A stretch of 64,000 nt of DNA, taken from positions 97,092,001 through 97,156,000 of the forward strand of contig NW_026262581.1 in NCBI RefSeq assembly GCF_021869535.1, written 5' to 3'. The position numbers and the translations under genes are program-made. The notes under the pieces were generated by a model, which saw nothing but the letters and a program-made list of their open reading frames with translations, was not told the DNA's origin and ran no database searches. Positions 59,947 to 64,000 of this stretch are shown piece by piece (position 1 is the stretch's first letter; each line of letters starts with the position of its first letter). Source of the DNA: Mytilus californianus (lineage: Eukaryota).

Positions 59947-61589
59947 CAGAAACTTTTCATATATATTTAAATGTCGTTTGCACTATTGCATCCTAAGTGA
60001 AGCCAACAGAAAAGAATAAATGATCGTACAATTTTAACTTGCATGGCATTATGTTAATTGTTTTAGAATTTATAACCTTGAAAAAATGTTAAATATTGCA
60101 AACTTATTTATCTCGAAAAATTTGCATATTATTATTAAATAATACACTGAAAATTGGGCTAACTGTTTATGTATTTAAAACAGAAAAGTATATTTAAATG
60201 AGTACAAATAAAAAACTGTAAAGTTATTTCAAGACGGCTCCATGTGATACCCCGCTAAAGATAGTAGGGGCAATTGTGTTTTAATGTCATGGTGTCATAT
60301 GGATAAATGTTCCTGATCTTGTTCACTTATTCGTTCGTATTCATATAAATGTGTGTTATGCTTCTTGTGGATAATTTTATTGTGTATTTTAAAATTGTAT
60401 TAAAACGAAATGGGTTTCTTTGCAAAATGACTGAAAATGATACAAATACATAAAACTGACAATTGGTCATGAAAGTATTAGATTAAGTGAGTACTGTTGA
60501 ATAGTAAATAGATTTTGTATTTCAAGTTAAGCTTGTTTTGTCCTTTTGATGTATAGTTTTATGGACATTAGCTTTTTATAATTTACATCCAGTGTTTGTA
60601 TTAATTTGTAATCATAGTATTTGATGTCCACAGTATTGATTAATTACCTTGAATATGTAAATAGAAATATGTGCGTTTCATATTTAAAATAAAATTTTAC
60701 ATTGTAATTATTTTATTTGTTCATTAAGGTTTTACCTCATTTGAACAAAACCTATATGATTAAATTTTGTCGTCGTCGATATGCCAAATGTGACCACACT
60801 TTGTGTTTGTGTAGTGTGTTAAAAATTTACGCCATTTAATTGAATTATATAACCAATGGTGCTGACGTTATCATAAAAGCAAATTGATCGTTGTAAAATA
60901 GGCAAAACTAATCTGAAATAATCACTTCTAAAGCCCTTTCAACAACTGCAGAACAAACAACAACAAGAGCACAAACTACGACTGATCAGGCTACTTCTAC
61001 TTCGGAGGCAGAAACTGCTTTTGAGTTATGTTAGCTGTTTTAAAAGACAAAACCATTATCAAAGGAAAAAGGAGCAAAGACAATAGTCTATGAAACATTA
61101 CTAAGAAAATAAGAAGTGTTTTCTGTTTGAAAATTCAATTTAGTATTAGGCATCTGTTCGCTTATTCTATGAGAATTTAGATGAATAAATTTCATTCAAG
61201 AGGATAAATAAAGTCAGTAGTCAAGTCCTTGAAAATTTGGAATGTTTGATGTGTTACATATAAAACCCTTAGTGTTTCGGACAATTTGACATCTTATAAA
61301 CAGTATTTTACAGAAAAAATACATATCAACAAAATGGTGATAAATACTGGGATGGTGATACCCTTGGGAAAATGTATTCCATCATCAGTGGCATCAGCTC
61401 AGCGGTTGTAAAAACTCATTAAAGATCTCAGGCTTATAATTATGTGTGCCAGACCTGCGTTTTGTATACTTTCAGACAGATGGAAGACCAAATGAAAATG
61501 GTTGAAAAAATTTAAAACAGAAAATTTCGAAAAGTTGTGTTTACTTCATATTATTACTCTGTACATTTAGAGTAACAATGAAGGTTACT

Positions 61590-61825
61590 TTAGAACTGGA
61601 CTTTACAACAAATGCGATGATATACATTTTCCCATTGCAAACTTTTCATTTCTGTGTAGCATCATAAAAGCAACGCCTATATACTAGTATGGAGTACATA
61701 TTCCCAATCGATATGACATCCCGCGGCTTGTGTTTCCTATCATGATTTCCTTGACAGTGTGTTGCTGCTTACAAGAAAGATATTGAATTAAGGGTTCAAA
61801 CGGTAAACTTGAAGTCATCCCTTAA
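61590..61825 (+). mobile_element. Decayed Penelope-like RT C-terminal fragment
   Basis: LYNKCDD..FPI.NF, YGV.I, SYHDFLD..LLLTRK.L..GF motifs with frameshifts. Confidence 0.6.
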
Positions 61826-62329
61826 TGTTGCACATATTTGCCAGGTGAATGATTCAGGCTTCTGGGGACCTCTTGTTTTAAAGATAAAACATTGTTCCTA
61901 TACAAGCTTACAAGTCAAAGATATATAATTTAACCTGAAAGTCATAGGTCATGAAAAGGTCTGTATGGAAAACAAAAAAGAATTTGACATTGAGGTCAAC
62001 GGTCTATGTCTAGATATTGGTATTGGTGGTATTCAACACATCAACTTATTAAACACCGACATGCAAAAGTCATTTGTCTTTTATCTTGAAATTATGAAGA
62101 TGTGTCTGTATGAAAATAAGAAAACATATTCAGGGTTAAACGATTTGCCTCTTGTCCTTTCAGTGTTCCACAGATGAAATATAGTTGAAATACGTAACCA
62201 TACCACTGGTAACTGAAAATATAAAACGAAAATGCACAAGCAGAAATGTCACGCCTGCTTTACTGATTATAATTGAATTTTATGTGGACAGTTTTTAAGA
62301 TCAAGGTTTTACAACAGGTACCACATAAA

Positions 62330-63075
62330 ATAGATATCAATCGATGAACCATAAAAATTCAGATGAACTCTGACAGACCCAAATGTGATCCAAACAATCG
62401 TTCCGCACACCAAATATGGTTGGGCAATTGGTAATGATATATCACAAAAACTTATCGTTGATAAATGAACCATAATAATGGTGTCAAGGTCAAATGAACA
62501 ATGACTGGTGCATCTGACACCTGCCAGTTAGACATGTACACCTTACAATCATTCCATACACCAAATATAGTTGACCTATTTCTTATAGTATCTGAGATAT
62601 GGGGTTGACCACGAAAACTAACCTTGTTCACTGATCCATGAAATGAGGTTGCGGTCAAGAGAAGACTGTTTGACAGACACGAGGACCTTGCAAGGTACGC
62701 ACATACCAAATATAGTTAGAAGTAAGATATTTTAGTTAAATTACTAGAAAATTTAGCATCTGTTGTCAAATTTTTACAAATTGTGCAGTTTTCGGTTTTA
62801 CATATAGAAATGAGTCTTGTGCAGTCATTAAAGTTCAATTTATTTGTAGCTGATTGTACAATGCAAACATCAGATATAGTTGATTGTATCTGAGAAACAG
62901 AACTAATCATCAAAACTTACTTTGACCAATGTTTCGTTCCATGAAAATCTGGCCAACGTCAGATAACCATGACAGACGGACATGTACACCTTACACTAAT
63001 TCCGTACACCAAATATAGTTGACCCATTACTTATAGTATCTTAGAAACGCACCTAATCACCAAAACTAAACGTTT
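62330..63075. repeat. Degenerate ~150-bp tandem array (HINE-type internal repeats)
   Basis: Anchor caccaaatat(a/g)gttg at ~62408, 62559, 62705, 63007. Confidence 0.6.
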
Positions 63076-64000
63076 ATAACTGATGTCATGTGAACCCTAT
63101 TTAATTCTATATACCTAATGTGGATGTCGTATTACTCATTTCTATTATACAAATAATTCAGCTTTTGTCACAATATCAGCACAACTCTGTCTTGCATTTA
63201 ACGTTATTTATTCAAGGCAAGACAAAAACAATACCCATATGTATCTCTGCCTTGAAGGATGTAAATAATTCTACATGTAATATCCAGGAATCAATTCAGC
63301 AATGCATTAAAAGGTATTATCAAAGTTGACTGTTTTATACAAACCAAGATCTCATAAACATGTTTAACCCCGCCGCATTTTTGCGCCTGTCCCAAGTCAG
63401 GAGCCTCTAGCCTTTGTTAGTCTTGTATTATTTTTAATTTTAGTTTCTTGTGTACAATTTGGAGTTTAGTATGGCGTTCATTATCACTGAACTAGTATAT
63501 ATATTTGTTTAGGGGCCAGCTGAAGGACGCCTCCGGGTGCGGGAATTTCTCGCTGCATTGAAGACCTGTTGGTGACCTTCTGCTGTTGTCTGTTCTATGG
63601 TCGGGTTGTTGAATCTTGGACACATTCCCCATTTCCATTCTCAATTTTACAAGTTAATTTCCAAATTAAATTACATGACAGTAGATTTAAAACATGCTGA
63701 TTGAGTGAAATATTAGCGAAAACAGTGGGACAGAGTGACCAACTTTTGTCAGATACTGACATACCAGACTATGACCCCATTCAAAATAAAAATAAACCCA
63801 ACATGTAAAACTATGAAACATTAAAAAACAATTATATTTGGGTAATTTGACCAGACTTTTGTGAAAGATGGTAGTCCATATACTCCTTCAAATGCAATAC
63901 ACAATTAACCGCCACACACAACTGAAAACAAATATCTTCTGAAAACTGTTTTGATGTAAAAAAAAAATACTTGAAAGAGTGTTATACTTGAAAAATACTT

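Noticed and set aside
61965-62177. 70-aa ORF as a gene
   Set aside because: Overlaps gaggtcaa/aaggtc-type repeat sequence; no domain or splice support

Overview
AT-rich eukaryotic (animal) genomic DNA, most likely a bivalve mollusc of the mytilid mussel type (inferred from composition, intron sizes and repeat types); no prokaryotic features. (1) ~3.4-12.0 kb: a decayed, near-full-length non-LTR retrotransposon (PHD-finger ORF1; APE endonuclease-RT-CCHC ORF2; RTEX-like), preceded by a separate SGNH-hydrolase-like ORF and interrupted by a hAT MITE that itself carries a Kolobok-like MITE. (2) ~16.0-59.9 kb, + strand: one divergent TRPM-family cation channel gene that I reconstructed by hand as ~33 coding exons (~1,200 aa; MHR/SLOG region, S1-S6, pore, altered TRP box, long coiled-coil tail, no NUDT9-H or kinase). 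Five closely spaced exons at 21.3-22.8 kb each appear to lack one base. (3) The introns hold Helentron-type non-autonomous elements with internal tandem arrays, tRNA-derived SINEs, Penelope-like element fragments and pseudo-LTRs, an antisense L2/CR1-type LINE tail, a nested antisense pseudogene fragment, and at least three families of minimal type I hammerhead ribozyme (retrozyme-like) repeats, one copy apparently intact (44177-44220, minus strand). All coordinates and translations were read by eye, and family assignments are unverified by database search.
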